A stretch of 52,551 nt of DNA from Chloroflexota bacterium (GTDB taxonomy: Bacteria; Chloroflexota; Limnocylindria; Limnocylindrales; CSP1-4): the NCBI GenBank assembly GCA_031362295.1, contig JANLSG010000018.1:1-52551 (forward strand), read 5' to 3'. The notes under the pieces are model-generated. The model saw nothing but the letters and a program-made list of their open reading frames with translations, did not search any database and was not told the origin of the DNA. The stretch's first letter is position 1. The number at the start of each line of letters is the position of its first letter. A program made the position numbers and the translations under genes. Below, piece by piece: positions 1 through 9,481 of this stretch.

Positions 1-1
1 C

Positions 2-496
2 GGCCTCGACGGCGGCCGCCTCGTCGAGGACCCGGCCGGCGCACGGGTCACGCTCGCCACCTCGGCGGACCGAGCGCGGTTCGAGGCCTTCCTCCTGTCG
101 TCGCTTCGCATCGGCGCGCCTCGGCCGAGCCCGTTCAACCCGGTCGCCACCGTAGCCGTGGTGATCGGCCCGGGCATCTGCGAGGTGTCGATCGAGCCGG
201 ATGTCCCGCCGGCGGGCCTCCATCGCCTCGAGGTGCGCGTGGAGGGCGGGCCCGCAAGCGTCATCACGTTCAACCTCGGCGCCCTGACCTGGGCGGACCT
301 TGAGGCGTTCGTCGCGGCGCCGGACTTCGAGCACCCGCCCGCGGTTGACCAGATCGCGGCGACCATGATGGAGGGGAGCGGGTCGGCGACGGCCTTGGGC
401 GAAGCGGGTGCCGGCCCGATGGGCCTCGTGTGCCTGACGGGCAACTTCGAACGGCCGGCGATCCTGCTGCGCGGACCGTTCCAGGTGGGACCCTAG
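2..496 (+). CDS. hypothetical protein, 5'-truncated by window edge
   Basis: Frame is open from nt 2 to TAG at 494-496. The ORF-track start at 158 is an internal GTG. No recognisable motif. Confidence 0.4.
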   Translation, partial: GLDGGRLVEDPAGARVTLATSADRARFEAFLLSSLRIGAPRPSPFNPVATVAVVIGPGICEVSIEPDVPPAGLHRLEVRVEGGPASVITFNLGALTWADLEAFVAAPDFEHPPAVDQIAATMMEGSGSATALGEAGAGPMGLVCLTGNFERPAILLRGPFQVGP

Positions 497-500
497 CGGA

Positions 501-1175
501 TCAGCCGCCGCTCCCGTTCCCGGCGCCGATCAGCTGCTCGTGGAGCACCTTCTCGCAGTCGCCGCCGCCAATCGCGATGACCTTGTCGCCCTCGCGCAGG
601 ACCGTGTCCGCGCGGAGAGCCGTCGCCACGCCGTCGCGCACGACGGCGAACAGCGAGCAGCCGTCCGGGATCGTGAGATCTCCTGGTGACTTGCCGATTG
701 CCGGCGAGTCGGACTGGAGCTGCGCCTCGATGATCTCGAGATCGTTCTCGAGCGTCGCGAGGTGGAGCAGCTCGTGCACGGGGATGTCCTGCTCGATGGA
801 GCCAAGGGCCATCCGGGTGGGGCTGATGATCTCGTCCACGCCGAGGTGGCGGAAGAGATCCTCGTTCTTGGGGTTGTTGACGCGCGCGATCGTCCGTGGG
901 ACGTCGAAGTGGTGCTTCGCCATCTGGCAGATCACGAGGTTGTCCTCGTCGTCGCCGGTCACGGCCGCCACGATGTCTGCGCGGTTGGAGCCCGCCTGGC
1001 GGAGGTACTTGCCCTCACACCCGTCCTGGGCCACGACGATCGAGCCGAGCTCGTCGACGATGTGCGCGGCGCGCGCCTTGTCCTTCTCCATGAGCACGAC
1101 CTCGTGGCCGCTCTCGATCAACTCCTTGGTGAGGTAGTAGCCCACCTTTCCGCCGCCGACCACCAGCACGAACAT
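501..1175 (-). CDS. trkA: Trk-type K+ uptake regulatory protein (TrkA-N + TrkA-C/RCK_C)
   Basis: N-terminal Rossmann motif VVGGGKVG, followed by a C-terminal RCK_C-like segment (SPAIGKSPGDL...VLREGDKVIAIG). Lies 3 nt downstream of a second TrkA-N gene. Confidence 0.85.
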   Translation of the reverse strand: MFVLVVGGGKVGYYLTKELIESGHEVVLMEKDKARAAHIVDELGSIVVAQDGCEGKYLRQAGSNRADIVAAVTGDDEDNLVICQMAKHHFDVPRTIARVNNPKNEDLFRHLGVDEIISPTRMALGSIEQDIPVHELLHLATLENDLEIIEAQLQSDSPAIGKSPGDLTIPDGCSLFAVVRDGVATALRADTVLREGDKVIAIGGGDCEKVLHEQLIGAGNGSGG

Positions 1176-1178
1176 GGC

Positions 1179-1634
1179 TCAGGCCTCCGCGTGGACGTGG
1201 GGGACGGCCGCCATCACCGCCGGCATGCCGGTGTCGCGCATGCCCAGGAAGGCAAGCACGGAGTCGGTCAGCATCGTCGTCCGGCAGACAGTCGCGATGC
1301 CCAGCTCGGCGTAGGCCGCGGCGCGCACCGGATCGTTGATCTTTGCCACGGCCTTGCCGACCGACAGCTTCTCCATCGCGACCTGGGCCGCCATGACGTT
1401 CCGGTTGTCGCCCTCGGTGAGCGCCAGGAGGACGTCGGCACCCTCCGCGCCGGCCTTGCGCAGGACGTCCTCGTCCGTTCCGTCGCCGCGCAGCGCCTGG
1501 CCCTTGAACTCCTCCGACAGGCGGTCGAACGCACGCGACGAGAGGTCGAGGATCACGACCTCGTGCCCCCCGTTGTCGAACGCCTCGGCCAGCGCCGCGC
1601 CCACGCGTCCGCAACCGACGATGACGAACTTCAC
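1179..1634 (-). CDS. TrkA-N (RCK N-terminal NAD-binding) domain protein
   Basis: VGCGRVG Rossmann motif and overall TrkA-N similarity. The GTG start overlaps the upstream stop (GTGA). Confidence 0.8.
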   Translation of the reverse strand: MKFVIVGCGRVGAALAEAFDNGGHEVVILDLSSRAFDRLSEEFKGQALRGDGTDEDVLRKAGAEGADVLLALTEGDNRNVMAAQVAMEKLSVGKAVAKINDPVRAAAYAELGIATVCRTTMLTDSVLAFLGMRDTGMPAVMAAVPHVHAEA

Positions 1635-2212
1635 CGGTGCTCCTTCCCGCCTGTGGCGGCGGCTGCCATCTCCGGTCCCTCGACCGGGATCGGTTCGCGA
1701 ACGACCCAGACCTCACATGGTGCGTGCTTCAGGACATACGGAATCGTGCGGCCGATGAGGAAATCGCCGCCAAATCGCTTGCGATACGGCAGCCCGACCA
1801 CGAGCAGGTCCGCGTCACGCTCCGTCGCCTCGTCGACCAGCGCTGCGCCCACGTCGCGCGCCTGGAGCAGGACGGGCTCGAGGCGGGCCTTGAGGGTCTC
1901 CGCGGTGAGCTCCGCGTGATCGAGGATCTGCTGCGCGTCCTCGGAGCGCGCGGCGACCTCGGCATCGAGACGCATGGACCAGCCGACCTCGACGACGTGT
2001 ACGCCGATCAGCTCGCCGTGGGTGGCCCGGCCGAGCTCTGCCGCGAGATGGACGATCCGATCGTCACAGCTGCCTCCGGCCAGCGCCACGATAGCGCGCC
2101 GGAAGGCACTGGGGTGGGGTTCGGACACCTGGGTTGGGCTGCCTCGCGGTGGTGCGGTTTCACGCGTGGCGCGCGTTCGGCGCCGAGAGCGCCACGATAC
2201 CACCGGCATCAT
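1631..2212 (-). CDS. universal stress protein (UspA family)
   Basis: USP fold signature: IVALAGG...HVVEV...LVDEA...ADLLVVG...GRTIPYVLKHAPCEVWVV. The start is uncertain: ATGATG at 2207-2212 overlaps the upstream stop, and an alternative GTG lies at 2128. Confidence 0.7.
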   Translation of the reverse strand: MMPVVSWRSRRRTRATRETAPPRGSPTQVSEPHPSAFRRAIVALAGGSCDDRIVHLAAELGRATHGELIGVHVVEVGWSMRLDAEVAARSEDAQQILDHAELTAETLKARLEPVLLQARDVGAALVDEATERDADLLVVGLPYRKRFGGDFLIGRTIPYVLKHAPCEVWVVREPIPVEGPEMAAAATGGKEHR

Positions 2213-2934
2213 CAGAGACCAGCCGACAGGCGCGCGGCGAGCGACGCGGGCAAGCCGGCCGCGCGCATCGCATCCTGCACGGCGGCGATGTCATAGGCCA
2301 CGCGATGCCAGCTCACCTCCCTGGCCTCGGGATCGAGGATGGCGTACGAGGCGTCGGGGTCGCCGTCGCGCGGCTGGCCGACGCTGCCGGGATTGATCAG
2401 CGCCCGGCGTCCACCCAGCTCCAGCCTGGATCGGCGATCCGGCCGAACCAGCTCCACCCGGCCGTCGTCCTCCACCCACGCGACGGGCATGTGGGTATGG
2501 CCGTGCAGGCCGATCGGTGCCGAGAGCACCGCGAGGTTCGCCGACGCGACTGCCGATGAGGTCACGTACTCCCAGATCGGCTCCCGCGGGCTGCCGTGGA
2601 CGAGCTCGCAGCCATCGGTGACGAGGCGCTCGGGCAGGGCGGCCAGCCAGGCCTCCGTTGCGGGCCCGATGGCGCCGCGGGTCCACTCCATCGCGCGTCG
2701 CGCGTCCGGGTTGAACCACTCGATCTCCGGGCCGCCGCACGCCGCGGCGTCGTGATTGCCGCGTACCCCGACCGCGCCGATCTCGCGCAGGCGCCCCACG
2801 ACCGCATCCGGTTCGGGGCCGTAGCCGACGACGTCGCCGAGGTGCCAGACCGCGTCCACGCTGCCGGCGTCGGTGAGGACCGCGTCCAGGGCAGGGAGGT
2901 TCGCGTGGATGTCCGACAGGACGGCGATCCGCAT
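2212..2934 (-). CDS. metallophosphoesterase (YfcE/MJ0936-like)
   Basis: Motifs LSDIHAN, GDVVGYG, GNHD and GHTH appear in canonical order. Confidence 0.85.
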   Translation of the reverse strand: MRIAVLSDIHANLPALDAVLTDAGSVDAVWHLGDVVGYGPEPDAVVGRLREIGAVGVRGNHDAAACGGPEIEWFNPDARRAMEWTRGAIGPATEAWLAALPERLVTDGCELVHGSPREPIWEYVTSSAVASANLAVLSAPIGLHGHTHMPVAWVEDDGRVELVRPDRRSRLELGGRRALINPGSVGQPRDGDPDASYAILDPEAREVSWHRVAYDIAAVQDAMRAAGLPASLAARLSAGL

Positions 2935-3192
2935 GGGGAGGTCAGCCTAGCAGGGGGTCCGACGCGCGTCGGAGGCGGCGTTCGGGCCTCCTCCCGGGCT
3001 CCCAGCTGGGGACCCACGGGTTCCCGAATGCCGCCTCCGGCGTCGTCGTTCGTCGCAGCCCGGGCCCCGGTCTGACGCGGTTCGATCGGTTCACGGTCGG
3101 GTTTCCCCGGACCCCTTCCGAAGCGCGTTCCCCGGCGATTCCCCGGCGCGGATGCCGGATGTTGCCGGGTGGCGGCGGGAGCGTCAACCGGC

Positions 3193-3233
3193 TTATCCAC
3201 CGATGTCGAAACGTCGTCGACGATCGTGGATAA
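3193..3233. repeat. inverted repeat with DnaA-box-like arms (TTATCCAC ... GTGGATAA)
   Basis: TTATCCAC at 3193-3200 and GTGGATAA at 3226-3233, separated by 25 nt. The arms extend to about 11 bp with one bulge. Located just 3' of csoR. Confidence 0.5.
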
Positions 3234-3245
3234 CTCCCGGGTTTC

Positions 3246-3599
3246 CTATGTGCGGGTTGCACTCCGGACGGGCCGGCCCAGGGTTCGTCTCACGACGTCG
3301 ACGACCTCGTCGACGTAGCGGTCGGCGTCGCCGTTGGCCGCGGCGGTCCGAACGCAGCCGGTCACGTGATCCTCCAGGACGAGGATCGCGAGCGAGTCCA
3401 CCGCCGCGCGGAGGGCGCTCGTCTGCTGGAGGATGTCGACGCAGTACTCCTCACGCTCGATCATCCGCGTGATCCCGCGGACCTGGCCCTCGATGCGGGC
3501 GAGTCGCCTGACGAGCTGTGCCTTGTCGCGGGTGTAGCTGTGGCGGAAATGGTCCGCGCCGTGGGCATCCTGGGCGTGCGGCGCGTCCGATGTCGGCAT
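3246..3599 (-). CDS. csoR: CsoR-family copper-sensing transcriptional repressor
   Basis: DUF156 core RLARIEGQVRGITRMIE. Shows the C-H-C ligand pattern (EEYC...EDHVTGC) typical of Cu(I)-sensing CsoR rather than RcnR. Confidence 0.85.
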   Translation of the reverse strand: MPTSDAPHAQDAHGADHFRHSYTRDKAQLVRRLARIEGQVRGITRMIEREEYCVDILQQTSALRAAVDSLAILVLEDHVTGCVRTAAANGDADRYVDEVVDVVRRTLGRPVRSATRT

Positions 3600-3607
3600 A
3601 CCCGGAT

Positions 3608-3626
3608 GATACCCCCCGGGGGTATC
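3608..3626. promoter_or_regulatory. putative CsoR operator overlapping a leaderless csoR promoter
   Basis: Near-perfect GC-tract palindrome GATACCCCCCGGGGGTATC, 9 nt upstream of the csoR ATG. On the minus strand TATCAT (3606-3611) sits 6 nt before the ATG, which fits a -10 for a leaderless mRNA. Confidence 0.55.
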
Positions 3627-3674
3627 GAGGACAAGGACGGCGATCCTGCGGCCGACCGGCTACACTCACCTCGG

Positions 3675-3998
3675 ATGGATCCTCTGGACCACCTCCTGGC
3701 GCTCCCCGACGGGCATCGGTGCACCGTCTGCGAGGAGCGCGTCCCCGTCGAACGGGTGAAGCTCCTCGCCTGGCGCGACGATCTCGCCTTCCTCCAGCTC
3801 GACTGCTCGGCCTGCCTGAGCACGACCCTCGGTTTCGTGCTGGCCGGCCGGAGCGAGGAACCGTTGGAGCCTCCGCAAGCCGAACCGATCACCTCCGACG
3901 ACGTCCTCGACATGCACCAGCTCCTTGCGACCTGGCGCGGCGACCTGTCCGGGCTCCTGGCAAGGGACGCCCGCGGCCGCGCCGAATCGAGCCGGTGA
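3675..3998 (+). CDS. hypothetical small protein with two CxxC pairs (zinc-ribbon-like)
   Basis: CTVC...CSAC in the first 50 aa. TACACT lies 8 nt upstream of the ATG (possible leaderless -10). The stop overlaps the next gene's start (GTGA). Confidence 0.5.
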   Translation: MDPLDHLLALPDGHRCTVCEERVPVERVKLLAWRDDLAFLQLDCSACLSTTLGFVLAGRSEEPLEPPQAEPITSDDVLDMHQLLATWRGDLSGLLARDARGRAESSR

Positions 3999-4678
3999 CC
4001 GGCGGCAGCCCAGAGGCGACAGGAACGCCTCAGTTCCCCGGGAGCTGGAGCGAGGTCTCGCCCGTCGAGGCGGTTGCGCCCGTCGAGCCGGATCCGCCCG
4101 AGCCCGGCACGATCGACGGAACGCGCTTCGCCCATGCGAGCGAGGCGGAGATGGCCCGCATCCTGGACTTCTACGAGGTCCGCTGGGAGTACGAGCCCAC
4201 CACGTTCCCGATCCTCTGGAACCTCGACGGCGACGTCATCGAGAGCTTCGCACCGGACTTCTACCTGCCGGAGCCGGAGCTCTTCCTGGAGATGACGACA
4301 CTGAAGCAGCGGCTCGTGCGCAAGAAGAATCGCAAGCTGCGCCGGCTCAAGGAGCTCTACCCGGGCATCCGGATCAAGCTCTTCTACGCCCGCGACTTCC
4401 GGGCGATGATGCTCAAGTACGGCCGTCTCGCCCTCGCCGAGGCACTGTCGGGGACGCCCGGACAGGTCGTCTCGGAGCGCGCTGCGGAGCGGGCGGCAGC
4501 AGCCCAGGTCCTCGAGACCGAAGCCGCAATCGAACTTGCAGCCGCCACCGCGATCGACGATTCGCCGCCCATCGTCCCGGCCCTCGAGCGCGCGTCGCCC
4601 CGTACGCGCAGCCGTCGGCGTCGACGACGCCACCTGGTCACCACCGAAGCCGGGGCTGAGCGGGAGACCGGCGCATGA
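3995..4678 (+). CDS. hypothetical protein with PD-(D/E)XK/TnsA-N-like nuclease-fold motifs and an Arg-rich tail
   Basis: Motif order SEAE...YEP...APDFYLPEPELFLEMTTLKQ resembles S-E / PDF / E-x-K restriction-endonuclease-like cores. The GTG start overlaps the upstream stop, and the stop overlaps the hpt ATG (ATGA). Confidence 0.45.
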   Translation: MTGGSPEATGTPQFPGSWSEVSPVEAVAPVEPDPPEPGTIDGTRFAHASEAEMARILDFYEVRWEYEPTTFPILWNLDGDVIESFAPDFYLPEPELFLEMTTLKQRLVRKKNRKLRRLKELYPGIRIKLFYARDFRAMMLKYGRLALAEALSGTPGQVVSERAAERAAAAQVLETEAAIELAAATAIDDSPPIVPALERASPRTRSRRRRRRHLVTTEAGAERETGA

Positions 4679-5238
4679 GAACCGTGACGGACCAGCAGGC
4701 GGACATCGGGGAGATCCTCCTGACGGAGGACCAGATCCAGACGCGCGTCGCCGAGCTGGGTGCCGCGATCTCGAACGACCTCGCCGGCCGCCAGCTGACG
4801 CTCGTCTCCGTGCTCAAGGGCTCGCTGCCGTTCATGGCGGACCTGATGCGCGCGATCTCGCTGCCCCTTCGGATCGACCTGATGGAGGTCTCGTCATATG
4901 GCGGCGCCACGACCGAATCGTCGGGCCTCGTCCGGATCCTCAAGGACCTCTCGTCGAGCATCGAGGGCGAGGACGTCCTGATCGTCGAGGACATCATCGA
5001 CACGGGACTCACGCTGAACTACCTCGTTCGGTACCTGCGCGGCAAGAAGCCTGCGTCGCTGCGGATCTGCACCCTGCTGGACAAGCCCGCCCGGCGCCTC
5101 GTCGAGATCGACGTCGACTACACCGGGTTCACGATCCCGGACCAGTTCGTCGTCGGCTACGGCCTCGACTACGGCGAGCTGTACCGCAACCTCCGCTTCG
5201 TTGGGGTCCTCCGGCCCGAGGTCTACAGCGAAGGGTGA
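4675..5238 (+). CDS. hpt: hypoxanthine-guanine phosphoribosyltransferase
   Basis: PRPP-binding loop VLIVEDIIDTGLTL, plus VLKGS and VVGYGLDY motifs along the full length. Confidence 0.95.
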   Translation: MRTVTDQQADIGEILLTEDQIQTRVAELGAAISNDLAGRQLTLVSVLKGSLPFMADLMRAISLPLRIDLMEVSSYGGATTESSGLVRILKDLSSSIEGEDVLIVEDIIDTGLTLNYLVRYLRGKKPASLRICTLLDKPARRLVEIDVDYTGFTIPDQFVVGYGLDYGELYRNLRFVGVLRPEVYSEG

Positions 5239-5240
5239 CG

Positions 5241-5675
5241 ATGCATCGGCGTCCTGTCGGACGGTCGCGTCGGCTTGCCGCGATCGGCGCGCTGGTTACG
5301 CTCGTTGGCTGCTTCCTGCCGTGGTGGTCACGCGGTGGCGGGATCGGACTGCCGGAGCTGAGCGGCACGGCCTTCGAGGGCATGGGCATCGTCGTCTTCG
5401 CCGCGGCGATCGCGACGCTCGCGCTCGTCACCCTGCCGTACGCGTCCGAGCGCCCCGTCTCCGCGGACCGGTGGACCAGCTATGCGCTCATCACGGCCAT
5501 CGCCTGGGTCGGCTTTGCCTACCGGATCGTCGAGCTCGGATCGCTCCGCGCGTTCAGCTTCCCGCAGCCCGCGGACATCGTCCTCAGCATGCCGGGCCTG
5601 TGGCTGGTCGGGATCGGGCTCCTGATCCTCACCCGCGCCACCTACGAGATGCTCCAGGAGCCACGGCTGCGCTAG
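5241..5675 (+). CDS. integral membrane protein (4 predicted TM helices)
   Basis: ATG lies 3 nt after the hpt stop. Four hydrophobic stretches. The upstream part of ORF 4536..5675 overlaps hpt and was discarded. Confidence 0.55.
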   Translation: MHRRPVGRSRRLAAIGALVTLVGCFLPWWSRGGGIGLPELSGTAFEGMGIVVFAAAIATLALVTLPYASERPVSADRWTSYALITAIAWVGFAYRIVELGSLRAFSFPQPADIVLSMPGLWLVGIGLLILTRATYEMLQEPRLR

Positions 5676-6460
5676 CGAGTGCCGCCGGCGCTCGGGCTCG
5701 GTGCGGCCGTCACCGCCGGCGGCAGGATCTCAACGTCGGCGGCGAGCCACGCGGTTGCCCCGGTGCCCTCGTCGAGGTAGCGGAAGACCACCCGGCCGCT
5801 CACCCACGGCCCGGGGATGGGGTCCCGCAGCAACGGCGCACAGATGGTCTGCTCCGGACACGTCGTCAGTGGCACGTACAGGGCGCCGAGCTCCGTCGCG
5901 CCTTCGGCCGGTCGCACCCGGTGGAGCTCCAGGTTCGTGAGCGTGCCGTCGCGCAGGTGCCAGGCGGTGATCGTGGCGGGCCCAGCCGGCCGCGCCGGCC
6001 CGAACGCCGGCGCGCACCAACCGAGCGCCGTCAGTTCGACGGCCACGATGGGGACGGCCGGGATCGCGGGATCCAGCGGTCCGGTCGCGTCCGGAACCGG
6101 CTCGATCGCGCGCCAGACGCGAACGTCCTGCGTCCGCCAAGCCTCCAGCGACGCAACCTGCCAGGCGCCCGCCCCCAGGCAGAAGTCCGAAGCCAGCCCC
6201 TCCGAGGTCCGGTCCTCGGTCGGGATGGGTGTGGCGGGGGCAGCCGTCTCCGCGAGGACCACGGGACGAAGCGTGGGCTCGGCGTTGCCGCCCGCGACCC
6301 ACGGCTTCAGCACTGCGAGGACGACGAGTACGGCCACCGCCCACACGGCAGGCGCGATGCGTGGGTCACCGGCGCGGGTCCGCACCCTGATCGTGACGAG
6401 ATCGGGCAGCGGCCCTTCCGGGTCGGGTGGCGCCTGGCGATCCGGTTGCGAACACGTCAT
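5672..6460 (-). CDS. hypothetical membrane-anchored/secreted protein
   Basis: ATG at 6460 lies 32 nt downstream of the livF stop. N-terminal hydrophobic helix (AVWAVAVLVVLAVL). The rest has no recognised motif. Confidence 0.45.
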   Translation of the reverse strand: MTCSQPDRQAPPDPEGPLPDLVTIRVRTRAGDPRIAPAVWAVAVLVVLAVLKPWVAGGNAEPTLRPVVLAETAAPATPIPTEDRTSEGLASDFCLGAGAWQVASLEAWRTQDVRVWRAIEPVPDATGPLDPAIPAVPIVAVELTALGWCAPAFGPARPAGPATITAWHLRDGTLTNLELHRVRPAEGATELGALYVPLTTCPEQTICAPLLRDPIPGPWVSGRVVFRYLDEGTGATAWLAADVEILPPAVTAAPSPSAGGTR

Positions 6461-6492
6461 CGGCTGGCCTCGGGCCCGCCGGCAGTGCCGGG

Positions 6493-7223
<731 letters not shown>

Positions 7224-7227
<4 letters not shown>

Positions 7228-8216
7228 ACCGGCGGCGTCCCGAGGTACGCCTCGATGACCTTCGGGTTGCGTCGGACCTCATCCGGCGTGCCCTCGGCGA
7301 TGCGCTCGCCGTGGTCGAGGACGGTCACCCGGTCGCTGATGCCCATGACCACCCGCATATCGTGCTCGATGAGGAGCACGGTCAGCCCGAGCTCGCTGCG
7401 CAGTCGCCCGATCAGCACCGTCAGCTCAGCGGTCTCGCGCGGGTTCATGCCCGCCGTGGGCTCGTCGAGGAGGAGGAGCGCGGGGTCTGAGGCGAGGGCG
7501 CGGGCGATCTCCAGGCGGCGCTGGTCGCCGTAGGGCAGGTTCTTGGAGACGACATCGCCGCGGCCCTTGAGGCCCACGAGCGTCAGGAGCTCGTTCGCCC
7601 GGACGCGGGACGTGACCTCCTCGCGCCGGTCGCGGGGCGTCGACAGGAGCGCGTCGATCCAGGTTGCCTTGAGCCGGCTGTGCATGCCGACGAGCACGTT
7701 CTCCATGGCCGTCATGTTCGCGAACAGGCGAATGTTCTGGAACGTTCGGCCGAGGCCGGCGACGACCATGTCGTTGGGGCGGGCGCTCCGGAAGATGCCG
7801 AACCGCGTCATGAACTGCTGGTAGGCCGGCGGGCGGGATACGCCGATGACCATCGAGATCAGCAGCGCGAGGATCGTCGCCGTGATGCCCAGCGCGAGGA
7901 TGGTCTGGTTCTTCGTCCCCTGGTCCGCGACCAGCAGGGTGATCAAGCCGATGATGGCGGGAGGCGTGAGCCAGAGGATCGGCTCCAGCCAGGCGCGCCG
8001 CGCCTTGGCGATCACGTCGCGACCGCGGAACTCGATCGCGCCGGCGCTCGGGTCATAGATCCCCGCGATGATGTTGAAGAACGTCGTCTTGCCGGCGCCG
8101 TTGGGCCCGATGAGACTGACGATCGAGCCCTCGGGGATCGAGAAGTCGATGTCGTGCACCGCGACCAGGCCGCCAAAGCGCTTGGTGACGTTCTTGGCGT
8201 GAAGGACGTCGGTCAT
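7224..8216 (-). CDS. livG: branched-chain amino acid ABC transporter ATP-binding protein LivG with ~75-aa hydrophobic insertion
   Basis: Walker A GPNGAGKTT, LPYGDQRRLEIARAL, LLLLDEP and a LivG-type C-terminus (NPKVIEAYLG). An extra segment at aa ~70-145 contains two hydrophobic helices. Confidence 0.85.
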
Positions 8217-9481
8217 GCCTTGCCCTCCGCGGGTGTCCCGAGATCCTCATCCGAGCCAGGCGTCGCGCCGAGGGCTCCGAGCAGCTCCGGATCGTCCGGC
8301 CCGAGGTCCTCCTCGGCGTGGAGCTCGGCCCGCCGCTGCTGGCTCGGGAAGAGACCTTCGGGCCGCTTCAGCATCATGACCACGAGCGCGATACCGAACA
8401 GCAGGTACTGATACTCGACGAAGTTGATCCTCGCGATGTCGACGTGGAGTGGCCCGATGTCGAAGATGGGCAGCAGCCCGATCTTCTCCAGCTGCTCCGC
8501 GATCCCGCTCAGCTGTTTCAGGACCACGGCCTGGATCATGAACACGATGAACGCGCCCGCGGCGACCCCCCAGATGTTGCCCATGCCGCCGACGATGATC
8601 ATCGCGAGCACCGTGAACGAAACCGTGAACAGGAATTGGTCGGGCGAGACGATGGTCAACTTCGAGGCGTTGAACACGCCGGCGAAGCCGGACGTCGTGG
8701 CACCCAGTGCGAATGCCAGCAGCTTGGTCACCACCGTGTTGATCCCGTTCGCGGCGGCCGCGAGCTCGTCCTCGCGAATCGCCATCCACGCCCGGCCGAT
8801 CCGGGAATCGTAGAGGCGGTAGAGCAGCATCATCGCGACCGCCACGATGACGATCATCACGATCATGTAGTTGAACGAGGTCAGCGGGCTGAACTCGCCG
8901 AAGAAGGGCAGCGGCTCTGGTCGGAAGATGCCGCCGATGCCATTGGTCCCGTTGGTGTACGGGTCGCTGTTGACGAACACGATCGGCACGATCTCGCCGA
9001 AGCCGAGGGTCATGATCGCGAGGTAGTCGCCGCGCAGGCGCAGCGTGGGTGCGCCCAGGGCGATGCCGAACACACCGGCGACCGCGGCGCCGACGATCAG
9101 CATCGGGAAGAACGGCGCGTCGATGCCGGAGAAGGGCGAGTTGCTGTAGGCGTAGGTGTACGCACCGATCGCGAAGAAGGCCGCGTAGCCGAGGTCCAAC
9201 AGGCCCGCGAGCCCGACGACCACGTTGAGGCCCATGGCGAGCAGGACGTAGACCCCGGCGTTCGCGAACGCGTCGTACCACGGATTGGCGCTCTGGATCG
9301 CGTTCAGCGGCGGGATCCGCGGCAGGACGATCAGCAGCACTGCGGCGATCGTCATCGTGGCCAGGATCGTGATGGATCGATGCTTCTCCGAGTAGGCGCG
9401 GATGCGCTCGCGCTGCGCGCGCCAGCCGGTGGGCGCGGGTGGCCGGGCGGGCCGCTTCGTCACGGCCTTCGCGGCGGTCAT
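8213..9481 (-). CDS. livM: branched-chain amino acid ABC transporter permease LivM
   Basis: Polytopic protein with LivM-like core (GLAGLLDLGYAAFFAIGAY...). Overlaps both neighbouring genes by 4 nt. Confidence 0.85.
   Translation of the reverse strand: MTAAKAVTKRPARPPAPTGWRAQRERIRAYSEKHRSITILATMTIAAVLLIVLPRIPPLNAIQSANPWYDAFANAGVYVLLAMGLNVVVGLAGLLDLGYAAFFAIGAYTYAYSNSPFSGIDAPFFPMLIVGAAVAGVFGIALGAPTLRLRGDYLAIMTLGFGEIVPIVFVNSDPYTNGTNGIGGIFRPEPLPFFGEFSPLTSFNYMIVMIVIVAVAMMLLYRLYDSRIGRAWMAIREDELAAAANGINTVVTKLLAFALGATTSGFAGVFNASKLTIVSPDQFLFTVSFTVLAMIIVGGMGNIWGVAAGAFIVFMIQAVVLKQLSGIAEQLEKIGLLPIFDIGPLHVDIARINFVEYQYLLFGIALVVMMLKRPEGLFPSQQRRAELHAEEDLGPDDPELLGALGATPGSDEDLGTPAEGKA

Noticed and set aside
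3461-4633. 390-aa minus-strand ORF
   Set aside because: It is antisense to the Zn-ribbon/nuclease-like genes and overlaps csoR in another frame. Its sequence is low-complexity Arg/Ser-rich.
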